From the NCBI GenBank assembly GCA_910580045.1, contig CAJTXF010000004.1, positions 7,346 to 71,345 of the forward strand: DNA of 64,000 bases, written 5' to 3'. Source of the DNA: an uncultured Eubacteriales bacterium (GTDB lineage Bacteria; Bacillota; Clostridia; Oscillospirales; Acutalibacteraceae). This document shows, one piece after another, positions 29,186 to 37,564 of this stretch. The translations under genes and the position numbers were made by a program. Below the pieces are notes generated by a model that was not told the origin of the DNA, did not search any database, and saw only the letters and a program-made list of their open reading frames with translations. Numbering within the stretch: position 1 is the first letter of the stretch; every line of letters starts with the position of its first letter.

Positions 29186-30037
29186 ATGGAAAATATCAAT
29201 CTGCAATTGTATTCCTTTGGCCATGACTGCCCCCTCTCCGCTGTGGAGAAAATCAAGAAGGCCGGTGAGATGGGATACGCTGGCGTGGAGTTTGCCCAGG
29301 ACTATAAAGATGTACCGGTTGAGGACATCAAGAAGGCCCTGGAGGAAGCTGGCGTGAAGGCTGTTTCCGCTCATGTTCCCTTTGAGATGATGGGTGAGCA
29401 TCTGCCCTATCTGGCCCAGCTGGGCGTGAAGTATGTTGCCTGCCCCATGACCTCTTTCTGCGATGCGGATGAGGCCAAAGAGGTGGCCGCCGAGCTGAAC
29501 AAGTGGGGCGCTGAGGCCAAGAAGTATGGCATTACCATTGGCTATCACAATCATACCCAGGAGTTCAACAAGGACCAGGATAAGTACCTGTTCGACTGGG
29601 TTATGGAAAATACCGACCCGGAGACCGTCGCTTTTGAGATTGACTGCGGCTGGGCTTCCGCTGCCGGTATCAACCCCGTGGAGTATATCAACGCCCATGC
29701 GGGCCGTATTGCCGCCATCCATATCAAAGAGAACGGCGCGGTGATTGGCCCCGACCCGGCAAGCTCCCGGAAAAATCCTCCTGCTTGGCCCAAGTTTGAG
29801 CTGGATGAGAACGGCAAGCCCATCTTCCCCCCTGAGTTCATCGCAAAGATGCAGGAGCGGGACAAGCTGAATGTTCCCACTGGCAGTGGCATTGTGGACT
29901 GGAAGGCTGTAAAAGCCGCAGCTGACGCCCAGCGCGACGGCGTGATTTACGTGGTCGAGCGCGAGGCCAGCTATGACGGCAAGAGCCGGATAGACTGCCT
30001 GCAGGAGGACGTCAACTGGCTGAAAGCCAACGTCTGA
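29186..30037 (+). CDS. Sugar phosphate isomerase/epimerase (xylose isomerase-like TIM barrel)
   Basis: GY.GVEF, YHNH, EID.GW, H.KE and G.G.VDW motifs. Confidence 0.88.
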   Translation: MENINLQLYSFGHDCPLSAVEKIKKAGEMGYAGVEFAQDYKDVPVEDIKKALEEAGVKAVSAHVPFEMMGEHLPYLAQLGVKYVACPMTSFCDADEAKEVAAELNKWGAEAKKYGITIGYHNHTQEFNKDQDKYLFDWVMENTDPETVAFEIDCGWASAAGINPVEYINAHAGRIAAIHIKENGAVIGPDPASSRKNPPAWPKFELDENGKPIFPPEFIAKMQERDKLNVPTGSGIVDWKAVKAAADAQRDGVIYVVEREASYDGKSRIDCLQEDVNWLKANV

Positions 30038-30060
30038 TTCTGAACTCTACAACTTGTAAT

Positions 30061-30095
30061 AAAAGGAGCCCCCGCCAACAGCGAGGGCTCTTTTT
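30061..30095. terminator. Bidirectional terminator
   Basis: AAAAGGAGCCCCCGC-CAACA-GCGAGGGCTCTTTTT. Confidence 0.8.
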
Positions 30096-30103
30096 GTATG
30101 GAT

Positions 30104-30682
30104 TTACAGGGACTTGGCAGAGGCTTTCGCAAAGGAAAAATAGTCATCCCGCAGGATGGAATAGCACACATCGTCACAGATTTTGCCGTCACAGCGCTTA
30201 CTGGCCCAGGGAACTACCCCCTCCAGCTTAAAGCCGCACTTCTCAATGACCCGCTGGGAGCGCATATTGTCAGCGTAGTGGCTGACAGCCATCACGTCCA
30301 CTTTTTTCTTCTCAAAGGCATTGGAAACCATAGCGCCCAGGGCCTCTGTCATATAGCCCTGCCCCCACTGGTCCCGGCGAAGCTCATATCCCACGGAGAG
30401 GCTGTTAACATGGAAACGCCGCAGGTCAGTTTGATATTTAATCCGGCCAATCACCTCATGCGTGGACTTGAGTACAATGGCGTAGCAGTCGTCATTCCGC
30501 AAATCCCGGGCAAAGGCGTCAGCAGCAGCCTGCAGATTCTCCGCGGGGCGGCACCCTGCGGGAATCATCACCAGTGGGTCAGAAATAATGGGGATAAAGG
30601 ACTCAAAGTCCCGGCGCTCCCAACGGCGGAGAAGAAGGCGGGGCGTCTCTATACTGCTTCTGGGCCAGTGGAAGATTTTCAT
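30104..30682 (-). CDS. GNAT family N-acetyltransferase (RimJ/RimL-like)
   Basis: IETPRLLLR, GYEL...WGQGYMTEA and N.RSQRVIEKCGF motifs; RBS AGGAGG. Confidence 0.88.
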   Translation of the reverse strand: MKIFHWPRSSIETPRLLLRRWERRDFESFIPIISDPLVMIPAGCRPAENLQAAADAFARDLRNDDCYAIVLKSTHEVIGRIKYQTDLRRFHVNSLSVGYELRRDQWGQGYMTEALGAMVSNAFEKKKVDVMAVSHYADNMRSQRVIEKCGFKLEGVVPWASKRCDGKICDDVCYSILRDDYFSFAKASAKSL

Positions 30683-30696
30683 GGGATTGCATCCTC

Positions 30697-31830
30697 CTAT
30701 CGGGCGGCAGGGCCTGCCTTCTCCCCTTTGAAGTACTGATAAAACTGGCACCGAATCATCCCGTTATACAGCTTGCGCCGCTTATCTGCCTTGCGGCCAA
30801 AGAGCTTCTCAAAATCCTCCTCTGGGGTGATGATGCCGTAGCTCCACCCCCGGGCAGGCTGGAACACCCGGCCCAGCTCCCTGTACAGCTTTCCGGCTTC
30901 CCGCTGGTCCAGTAAGCGCTGTCCATAGGGCGGGTTGCACACAACACAGCCATATTCATCCTCCCTGCGGAAGCTCCGGACATCCCGCACACAGGCAGTC
31001 AGGTGTTCCCCCACACCGGCACGCTGGGCATTGGCCAGGGTCAGCTCCACAGCGGCAGGGTCAATGTCAAAGCCCTCGCCTCGAAAGCCGCTGTCCCGGC
31101 GCTCTAAATCCTTGGCCCGTTCCCGCTCCTGACGCCAGGCAGGCTCCTGACCACCCCAGGCCTCTGCCCCGAACCTGCGGTGAATACCAGGGGCAATATT
31201 CATGGCCAAGGTCGCGGCCTCAATCAGCAGCGTGCCAGAGCCGCAGAAGGGGTCAACAAAGTGGCCGTCCCTCCGCAGGCGGGCCAGCTTGACCAGAGCT
31301 GCTGCCAGGGTCTCCTTCATGGGTGCGGCAACAGAAGCGGGCCGGTAGCCCCGTTTATGGAGCCCAGCCCCGCTGGCGTCTATGGTGATGCTTACAAAAT
31401 TTTTTAATATGCGGAATCGGATGCGGTACACAGGGCCGTCCTCAGCCAGCCAGGTACCCCCATAGCGGGCTTTCATGGCCTCCACAACCGCCTTTTTGGT
31501 GATTGCCTGACAGTCCGGCACGCTGTGGAGCTGGCTGTTCAGGCTGCTTCCTGTTACAGGAAAGGCGGCATTTTGGGGCAGAAACTCTGCCCAGGGCAAG
31601 GCCCGCACCCCCTGGAAGAGCTCCTCAAAGCTGCGGGCCGGGAACTCCCCCATCAGGATGCCAATCCGCTCCGCATAGCGGCTGTTTATGTTGGCTCTGG
31701 CCAGAATGTCCCAGCCGCCTGAAAAGAGCACCCGCCCATTTTCAGCCTGGACATTCTCACAGCTCAGCTCTTTCAGCTCCTGGGCGACCAGGCCTTCTGT
31801 CCCCATTAAGCAAGGCGCGGAAAATCTCAC
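30697..31830 (-). CDS. THUMP-domain class I SAM-dependent RNA methyltransferase (RlmL/YpsC-like)
   Basis: LHKRGYR, APMKETLAA, DPFCGSGT and NPPYG motifs. Confidence 0.92.
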   Translation of the reverse strand: MRFSAPCLMGTEGLVAQELKELSCENVQAENGRVLFSGGWDILARANINSRYAERIGILMGEFPARSFEELFQGVRALPWAEFLPQNAAFPVTGSSLNSQLHSVPDCQAITKKAVVEAMKARYGGTWLAEDGPVYRIRFRILKNFVSITIDASGAGLHKRGYRPASVAAPMKETLAAALVKLARLRRDGHFVDPFCGSGTLLIEAATLAMNIAPGIHRRFGAEAWGGQEPAWRQERERAKDLERRDSGFRGEGFDIDPAAVELTLANAQRAGVGEHLTACVRDVRSFRREDEYGCVVCNPPYGQRLLDQREAGKLYRELGRVFQPARGWSYGIITPEEDFEKLFGRKADKRRKLYNGMIRCQFYQYFKGEKAGPAAR

Positions 31831-32354
31831 TTTTCTTCTGGAACCAGCAGGCCATAGTCCCCGGTCTTGCGGCGGTACACTACGTTAATCTCCCCGCTCT
31901 GGTCGTCCCGGAACATAAAGAACTCGTGGTCAAGCATGTTCATCTGCATGATGGCCTCCTCTGGGGTCATCACCTTCACGGCGAAGCGCTTGGTGCGGGC
32001 CACAGAGAGCTCCTCGTCCGGCTCGTCATAGTAATCGTCAGAGAAGGTCAGGCCCGGGTCCACCTTTTTGGCTTTTTCCAGGCGGGTCTTGTTCCGGCGC
32101 ATCTGGCGGCCCAGGGCGGCAATCACATGGTCAAGGGCCTCGTTCATGTCCAAAGAGGTGTCCTCAGCCCGGCAAATCATGCCCCGCTGGCGGATGGTAA
32201 TCTCCACAGTCTGGCGGTTGCGCTCCACAGTTACTGTAACGGTCGCCTCGGCATCCGCGTCAAAGATTCTCTCAAACTTGGACAGCTTCTTCTCCACCAG
32301 CTCCTTAAAGCTGGTACGCAGATTCACTTTCCTGCCAATGATGGTTATTTTCAT
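31827..32354 (-). CDS. hpf: Ribosome hibernation promoting factor, long form (RaiA/YvyD)
   Basis: I.I.GRKV, RQMRRNKTRL and K.F.VK.MTPEEAIMQMNML.HEFFMF...VVYRR..GDYGL motifs. Confidence 0.96.
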   Translation of the reverse strand: MKITIIGRKVNLRTSFKELVEKKLSKFERIFDADAEATVTVTVERNRQTVEITIRQRGMICRAEDTSLDMNEALDHVIAALGRQMRRNKTRLEKAKKVDPGLTFSDDYYDEPDEELSVARTKRFAVKVMTPEEAIMQMNMLDHEFFMFRDDQSGEINVVYRRKTGDYGLLVPEEK

Positions 32355-32393
32355 GGTGTCCTCCTAGTAAGTAAGAGTTAGGTTCCTGGATAC

Positions 32394-32602
32394 ATTATAG
32401 CATAGCTCCAAGCCGCTTTGCGTCTTGCCAAATCGCCAAGGCGATTTGTAACTCCGCTGCGCGGACTCAGCTCTACTGAAATATCCTGCGAATATTATAG
32501 CATAGCTCCAAGCCGCTTTGCGTCTTGCCAAATCGCTGCCGCGATTTCTGGAACTGCTCCGCAGTTCCAACTCTGCTGAAATGTCCTAGGGATATTATAG
32601 CA
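32394..32602. repeat. Two 100-bp structured tandem repeat units plus the start of a third, upstream of hpf
   Basis: ATTATAGCA at 32394, 32494 and 32594; the first 43 nt of units 1 and 2 are identical; hairpins are conserved with different loops. Confidence 0.92.
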
Positions 32603-32686
32603 CATTGGACAAAAGAACGCAATAGCAAATGAAAAAACTATCGATAAACCGCAAGAGCATTGGGCCCCTGGCAGACGGCCTGCTGC

Positions 32687-33526
32687 TTACAGCTCCACGC
32701 TCTTGTGCCGGGTCACATGGCAACCCACGTTGACTGCCACTGGCAGGCCCGCAATATGAGTGGCGTATGCTTCCACATTCACAGCCAGGGCTGTTATGCT
32801 GCCCCCAAAGCCCTGGGGGCCGACGCCGGTCTCGTTTACCGCTTTCAGCAGCCTGCGCTCCAGCTCCTGGTAATAGGGGTCAGGGTTGGGCTGCTCCACA
32901 TCCCGGCAGAGGGCACGCTTGGCAAGCTGGGCGCACAGCTCGAAGTCGCCGCCAATGCCCACACCCAGCACCACCGGCGGACAGGGGTTCCCCCCTGCCT
33001 CCTTGACGGTTTTGGCCACAAAGCGGATGATTTCCTCCTCACCGGCAGCAGGGGTCAGCATGGCCAGGCGGCTCATATTCTCACTGCCGAAGCCCTTGGG
33101 CGCCACGGTCAGCTTGAGCTTGTCCCCCTCCACCAGCCGCACATGGAGCACAGCCGGGGTGTTATCCCCAGTGTTTGTCCGGCGCAGGGGGTCTGCCACT
33201 ACCGAGCAGCGCAGCAGGCCCTGCACATAGCCCCGGCGGACCCCCTCGTTGACAGCCTGCTCAAAACTGCCGCTGATGTGCACCTCCTGGCCCACCTCAG
33301 CGAACACCACCGCCATGCCTGTATCTTGGCAGATGGGAATCTCCATCTGCCTGGCTGCCTGAAGGTTCCGGCACAAATCAGCCATTACCGGCTTGGCGAC
33401 TGGGCTTGTCTCCTCCTGTGCTGCTTGCCGGATTCGCCCCTCCAGGCTGGGCGGGAGCTCCCGGTTGGCCTCCACGCACAGGCGCGCAATGGCCTGGCTG
33501 ATTTCTTCCCCGCTGATTTCTCGCAT
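32687..33526 (-). CDS. Fe-S hydro-lyase alpha subunit (class I fumarate hydratase/tartrate dehydratase N-terminal domain)
   Basis: PICQDTG, R.NTGDNTP, KGFGSEN, GNPCPP, GPQGFGG and CHVTRH motifs. Confidence 0.93.
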   Translation of the reverse strand: MREISGEEISQAIARLCVEANRELPPSLEGRIRQAAQEETSPVAKPVMADLCRNLQAARQMEIPICQDTGMAVVFAEVGQEVHISGSFEQAVNEGVRRGYVQGLLRCSVVADPLRRTNTGDNTPAVLHVRLVEGDKLKLTVAPKGFGSENMSRLAMLTPAAGEEEIIRFVAKTVKEAGGNPCPPVVLGVGIGGDFELCAQLAKRALCRDVEQPNPDPYYQELERRLLKAVNETGVGPQGFGGSITALAVNVEAYATHIAGLPVAVNVGCHVTRHKSVEL

Positions 33527-33554
33527 ATGTCATCCTCCGTTATCATGAAAACGC

Positions 33555-33586
33555 AAAAGCCCCGCCGCAGGGGTGAGGCTTTTTTC
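33555..33586 (-). terminator. Terminator-like hairpin downstream of the S1-domain gene
   Basis: AAAAGCCCCGCC-GCAG-GGGTGAGGCTTTTT imperfect stem with flanking A and T runs. Confidence 0.55.
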
Positions 33587-33739
33587 TCGTTTTGAGCTTT
33601 GTTTGTGAAACCTTATATTCACAGCGGACCACCGCAGGAGCGAAGGATTGTATCGTCAAGTGACAGAAAATCTCTGCCCACACGGTATCCATCCGCTGTG
33701 AATACAAGTTTCTTGTTCTGCATGGAGCCCGCGCCTCAA

Positions 33740-34255
33740 TCAGCCCTTGTTTCCCCGGCGGGAATAGCCCCGGCGGGTCTCATTGCCCCGCTTCAAATCA
33801 GACATCTTCTCATCGCTGGTCTGCTTGAAACGGCTCATCATATCCTCAAAGCTGCCGCTGTCATTTCTGCGGCCCTGCCATTCAAAGTCGCCCGGACGGC
33901 CGGGGCCTGGAGTGGGCTCTGGGCGAGGCGCTCTGGGAGGTCTGGGTCCGCGCTCCTGCCTTCTGCCGGCACCCTGGCCAGGCGCGCCCCCTGGACGCCG
34001 GGGACGGTGCTGCTCCTCTGGAGGCAGAGCTTTTTTCATGGAAAGGCTGATTTTCCCCTCCTCGCTGATGGCCAGCACCTTCACTTTGACAGTCTGCCCC
34101 TCTGTCACGAAATCCTTAATCTCGTTGACAAAAGTGGGGGCCACCTCTGAGATGTGCACCATTCCAGTCTCTCCGCCCTCAAAGCTGACAAAAGCCCCGA
34201 ACTTTGTAATGCCTGTGACCTTACCCTCGTAGATTTCTCCAACCGCAAGCCCCAT
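33740..34255 (-). CDS. S1 RNA-binding domain protein (YabR-like)
   Basis: GKVTGITKFGAFV, GMVHISEV, KISLSMK and SFEDMMSRF motifs; downstream of divIC. Confidence 0.92.
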   Translation of the reverse strand: MGLAVGEIYEGKVTGITKFGAFVSFEGGETGMVHISEVAPTFVNEIKDFVTEGQTVKVKVLAISEEGKISLSMKKALPPEEQHRPRRPGGAPGQGAGRRQERGPRPPRAPRPEPTPGPGRPGDFEWQGRRNDSGSFEDMMSRFKQTSDEKMSDLKRGNETRRGYSRRGNKG

Positions 34256-34308
34256 AATCTCCCGTGTTCCTCCTCGATTTTCTCTTCTCGTTCTCGGCCC
34301 TGCCTCCG

Positions 34309-34629
34309 TTACTCGCCGCCCATGTCAATAAAGACCTTCTCGCCAGGTTTGGCATAGTCCAAATCCACTCTGGCCCGGTGCTCTGCATAAGCGCCCAGGC
34401 CGTTCTCGTCGCTTATAGAGCGGCGGAGCTCCTGGTTCTTCTGGTTCTGGGTCTCCAGCTGCGCCTGCAGCGCCACCAGCTGCTGACGCTTCTCGGCAAT
34501 CTGCACCTGGCGCTCAACAATGGAGAACAGCACGACCACCGCCATGCAGAGCACAGCCAGCTTCAGCAGGAAGCTGCCCCGAGCCTTTTTCTTTTTCGCC
34601 TTCTGGGGCTGCTCTTTCGCCTGGCGCAC
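34309..34629 (-). CDS. divIC: Septum formation initiator (DivIC/FtsB family)
   Basis: Basic N-terminus, one TM segment, coiled coil, E..AR..L.YAKPGEKVF; yab cluster position. Confidence 0.85.
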   Translation of the reverse strand: MRQAKEQPQKAKKKKARGSFLLKLAVLCMAVVVLFSIVERQVQIAEKRQQLVALQAQLETQNQKNQELRRSISDENGLGAYAEHRARVDLDYAKPGEKVFIDMGGE

Positions 34630-34686
34630 ACGCTGTCCCTCCCCGCTGATGGCCTGTGCCCTCGGGGCCTTGACCGTAGTAATCCA

Positions 34687-34715
34687 ATTATATCTAGTTT
34701 ACGTAATATTTTCAA
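34687..34715 (-). promoter_or_regulatory. Sigma-A promoter for divIC
   Basis: TTGAAA-17 nt-TATAAT. Confidence 0.7.
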
Positions 34716-34858
34716 GGGTTTTTTTCGTTTTTTCTGTCTCGTACCAGATTTTTTTATTCTCCCTAGAACAGACATTCGTTTTTTCAGGTTTTCTCTTGGT
34801 GTTTTCGTACAGGCGTTCGATTTTGTGGGTTGACCAACCACACTTTTGGTTAACATAA

Positions 34859-35404
34859 TCATTTTGCTCGTGTCTCCACACTTCTGCCGGGAGAAGTACG
34901 CCCATTGCTGGGCAAGTGATTCCGAGTGCGGGCGGCAGCTTGTTTCCCACGGCCTTTGCCCCGGCGGGCGCGGCGCCTTTTCTTGGGCTTCTTTGCTGGC
35001 AGAAGTTTGCGCAGGAGTTCCTTCACCCGGGCGAACAGCCTCTTCCCCCATACCGCGAGAGGACGGAAGATTCGTCTGCGGAGAAAACCGCGCAGTTTGC
35101 CTGTCACTTTCCGCAGCCATGCAGCTGTGCCGTTGACAAGCGAATCCAGGGCGCAGATTGTCCCCCAAGCGCCCAGTCCCTGGAGAACCACCTGAAACAG
35201 CCGCAGCCGTCCTTTATCTATGGCCAGCGCCACTGTGAAGGCAACCACCGCGCAGAGCGGCCCCAGCAGCAGGTCGCTGACAAACAGAAAAATCCGGCCG
35301 CCCCGCAGGAGAAGCCGGGCCAGCTTCAGGGCCAAAAACGCCCCGCCCAGCAGTGCCCCGGTGGCAAGGCACAGGCAGGCCCCGGGCAGGGAGAGGGTAT
35401 TCAT
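34859..35404 (-). CDS. yabQ: Spore cortex biosynthesis protein YabQ-like
   Basis: Hydrophobic N-half with DLL and GRLRLF motifs; lies between yabP and divIC. Confidence 0.75.
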   Translation of the reverse strand: MNTLSLPGACLCLATGALLGGAFLALKLARLLLRGGRIFLFVSDLLLGPLCAVVAFTVALAIDKGRLRLFQVVLQGLGAWGTICALDSLVNGTAAWLRKVTGKLRGFLRRRIFRPLAVWGKRLFARVKELLRKLLPAKKPKKRRRARRGKGRGKQAAARTRNHLPSNGRTSPGRSVETRAK

Positions 35405-35679
35405 TTGAAGAGCCTGCCGAAAAAGGACAGGTTCGGCCCGCTCTCGGTATAGGACACCGCGCCCACCTTGCCCTTTACCAGCATATCGCCGGTATCGGAA
35501 TTCAGGCTCTCAATATGCAGGGCTTCCCCCTTAATGTTCAGCTGGCCCAAATCAGTCTGGGCAGTAATCAGCTCGTCACTGAAAAAGTCCACCCGCTGGA
35601 TGCCGGTGGCGGTCATACGCTCCCGGTCGTTTAGGGTCAGGCTGTGCTTTTTTACCAGCCTGCCCGGTTGCTCCGTCAT
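35401..35679 (-). CDS. yabP: Sporulation protein YabP
   Basis: HSLTL.DRE....TGI..V..F, T.LG.L.IKGE.LHI..LN and FFGRLFK motifs. Confidence 0.9.
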   Translation of the reverse strand: MTEQPGRLVKKHSLTLNDRERMTATGIQRVDFFSDELITAQTDLGQLNIKGEALHIESLNSDTGDMLVKGKVGAVSYTESGPNLSFFGRLFK

Positions 35680-35703
35680 AGGGCTCATCCCCTTCCTGGG
35701 TAG

Positions 35704-35734
35704 AGTATATGCGGCAGGGCCAACCTGGTATGAC
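35704..35734 (-). promoter_or_regulatory. SigE-type (mother cell) promoter for yabP
   Basis: Minus strand GTCATACC-AGGTTGGCCCTGCCG-CATATACT matches the sigma-E TCATA / CATACANT pattern; yabP is sigma-E dependent in B. subtilis. Confidence 0.65.
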
Positions 35735-35850
35735 AGAGAAAGGGCAGCGCGCCGCAAATTCGCGGAGCACTGCCCTTTCTATCGTTTTACTTTCTGCTAA
35801 TCAAAGGGTTCTTTGACCTGGGCAGCAGCGCCGCCCAAGATGCTTCTCCA

Positions 35851-36096
35851 TCAGCCCTCCAGAAACCTGTACAGCCCGGCGGCCTGGTCCTTGTTGGCGT
35901 ACTCGTTGATGGAGAGAATTTCCGCCTTGAGTACCCGCTCACCAATATGAATCTCCAGGATGTCCCCCACCTTAACTGGGTAGGAGGCCCTGGCGGCCGC
36001 GCCGTTGACCAGCACCCGCCCAGCATCGCAGGCCTCATTGGCCACAGTGCGGCGCTTAATCAGCCGGGAAATTTTCAAATATTTATCTAATCTCAT
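35851..36096 (-). CDS. rqcP: S4-domain RNA-binding protein YabO/RqcP
   Basis: MRLDKYLK.SRLIKRRTVANEACDAGRV..NG motif. Confidence 0.92.
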   Translation of the reverse strand: MRLDKYLKISRLIKRRTVANEACDAGRVLVNGAAARASYPVKVGDILEIHIGERVLKAEILSINEYANKDQAAGLYRFLEG

Positions 36097-36114
36097 TGTA
36101 TCACCTCATTGTTA

Positions 36115-37503
36115 TCAAGTGGGTGTCCCACTGTCCAGCTGCCTTTTGCCCACGCCGAAGCTCTCAGGTGCCCGGAACCACAGCAGCAGATACACCAGAG
36201 AAGGAACCAGCCCCAGCACCCAGCCAACAGGCGCTGCCAGCCAGATGCCGATATACCCCATGAAAAGGGGCAGCAGCAGGGAAAACCCAATCTTGGAGGC
36301 CAGTTCCACAATACTGGACACCAGTGTGATTTTGACCGCGCCAATCCCCCGCAGGGCAGAGTTCACTGTCCAGATAGCCCCCAGGAACAGGTAGAAAACA
36401 GCCTCAATGCGGACAAAATTCACTGAGGCAGTGAGCACATACTCGCTGGGCTCCTCCATAAAGATAAGGGCCAAAGGCTCGGCAAAAATCAGCATGACCG
36501 CAGTGGAGACCAGCGCCAGGCCGCCCACCAAAAGCAGCCCCTTTTTCAGTCCCTCCTGAATGCGCCTGTAGAGCTTGGCCCCATAGTTCTGGCCCGCGTA
36601 GACAGAGAAGGAAAAGGCCACATTGGAAAAGCTGATGGTGGCCAGCTGCTCCACCTTGCTGCCGACTGTATAGGCAGCCACAATATCAGAGCCAAAGGAG
36701 TTGATGACCGCGGTAATCACAAACATGCCCACACAGAGTACAGCGCTTTGGGCGCACATGGGCAGGCCAATGCGCAGATACTCCCCTATCATCTTCCTGT
36801 CAAAGGTCCAGGCCGCCTTATCCGGCACCAGGCGGGGGTGGCGCTTTTTCAGGTAGAACACGCACAGCGCCGCGGATACTGCCTGGGCCAGGACTGTCGC
36901 CCAGGCAACCCCTGCCACGCCTCCATCCAGAACCAGGACAAAGAGCAAGTCCAGGCCAATGTTGAGGATGGTACCGAAAATCTGGAAATACAGGGGGGTT
37001 TTGGAGTCTCCAATGGCCCGGAAGATGGAGATAAGACCATTGGCAAACAGGATGGCAATGGTAAGGCCCCCTGTGATTTGAATATATGTCACCGACTGGT
37101 CGATGATGTTTTCCGGCGCGCCTAAAAGGGCCATCATGGGCCGGGCCCCGAACAGGGACAGCAGGCCCAGGGCGGCTCCGCCCAGCAGAATCAGGTACAC
37201 AGCGTGGCTTACCGCCCGCTTCATGCGCTCGCTCTGTTTGGCGCCCTCTGCCTGGGAGATAATGATGGACAGGCCGTTGGTCAGGCCGTTTCCCATCATC
37301 ATAATGAAGGCGCTGGTGGAGCTGGCTGCCCCCATGGCAGCCAAGGCGTCAATGCTGACAAAACGTCCCACCACAATGGTATCCACCATGTTGTACATCA
37401 GCTGGAACACGCCGCCAATCCACATGGGGATGGCAAACAGAATCAGGAGCTTTGTGGGCGAACCCTGGGTCATGTCCAGATTTGCGGCTTTGCTTTTTTT
37501 CAT
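36115..37503 (-). CDS. MATE family efflux transporter
   Basis: DMTQGSP..LLI.FAIP, QLMYNMVDTIVVG, GDSKTPL and GQNYGA motifs. Confidence 0.93.
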   Translation of the reverse strand: MKKSKAANLDMTQGSPTKLLILFAIPMWIGGVFQLMYNMVDTIVVGRFVSIDALAAMGAASSTSAFIMMMGNGLTNGLSIIISQAEGAKQSERMKRAVSHAVYLILLGGAALGLLSLFGARPMMALLGAPENIIDQSVTYIQITGGLTIAILFANGLISIFRAIGDSKTPLYFQIFGTILNIGLDLLFVLVLDGGVAGVAWATVLAQAVSAALCVFYLKKRHPRLVPDKAAWTFDRKMIGEYLRIGLPMCAQSAVLCVGMFVITAVINSFGSDIVAAYTVGSKVEQLATISFSNVAFSFSVYAGQNYGAKLYRRIQEGLKKGLLLVGGLALVSTAVMLIFAEPLALIFMEEPSEYVLTASVNFVRIEAVFYLFLGAIWTVNSALRGIGAVKITLVSSIVELASKIGFSLLLPLFMGYIGIWLAAPVGWVLGLVPSLVYLLLWFRAPESFGVGKRQLDSGTPT

Positions 37504-37564
37504 CAATATCCTTCCCTTCCCAAGTTCAGTGCGGAGACAGCGCCTCTTCACTCACTATGCCTTA

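Noticed and set aside
32394..32602. CRISPR array or type III toxin-antitoxin repeat array
   Set aside because: Only two full units, the intervening parts are homologous rather than unique spacers, and there is no cas or toxin gene nearby.
32355..32686. raiA-motif ncRNA, suggested by its position upstream of hpf/raiA
   Set aside because: I could not recognise the motif's conserved sequence by eye and the region is a tandem repeat instead; a cmscan is needed to exclude it formally.
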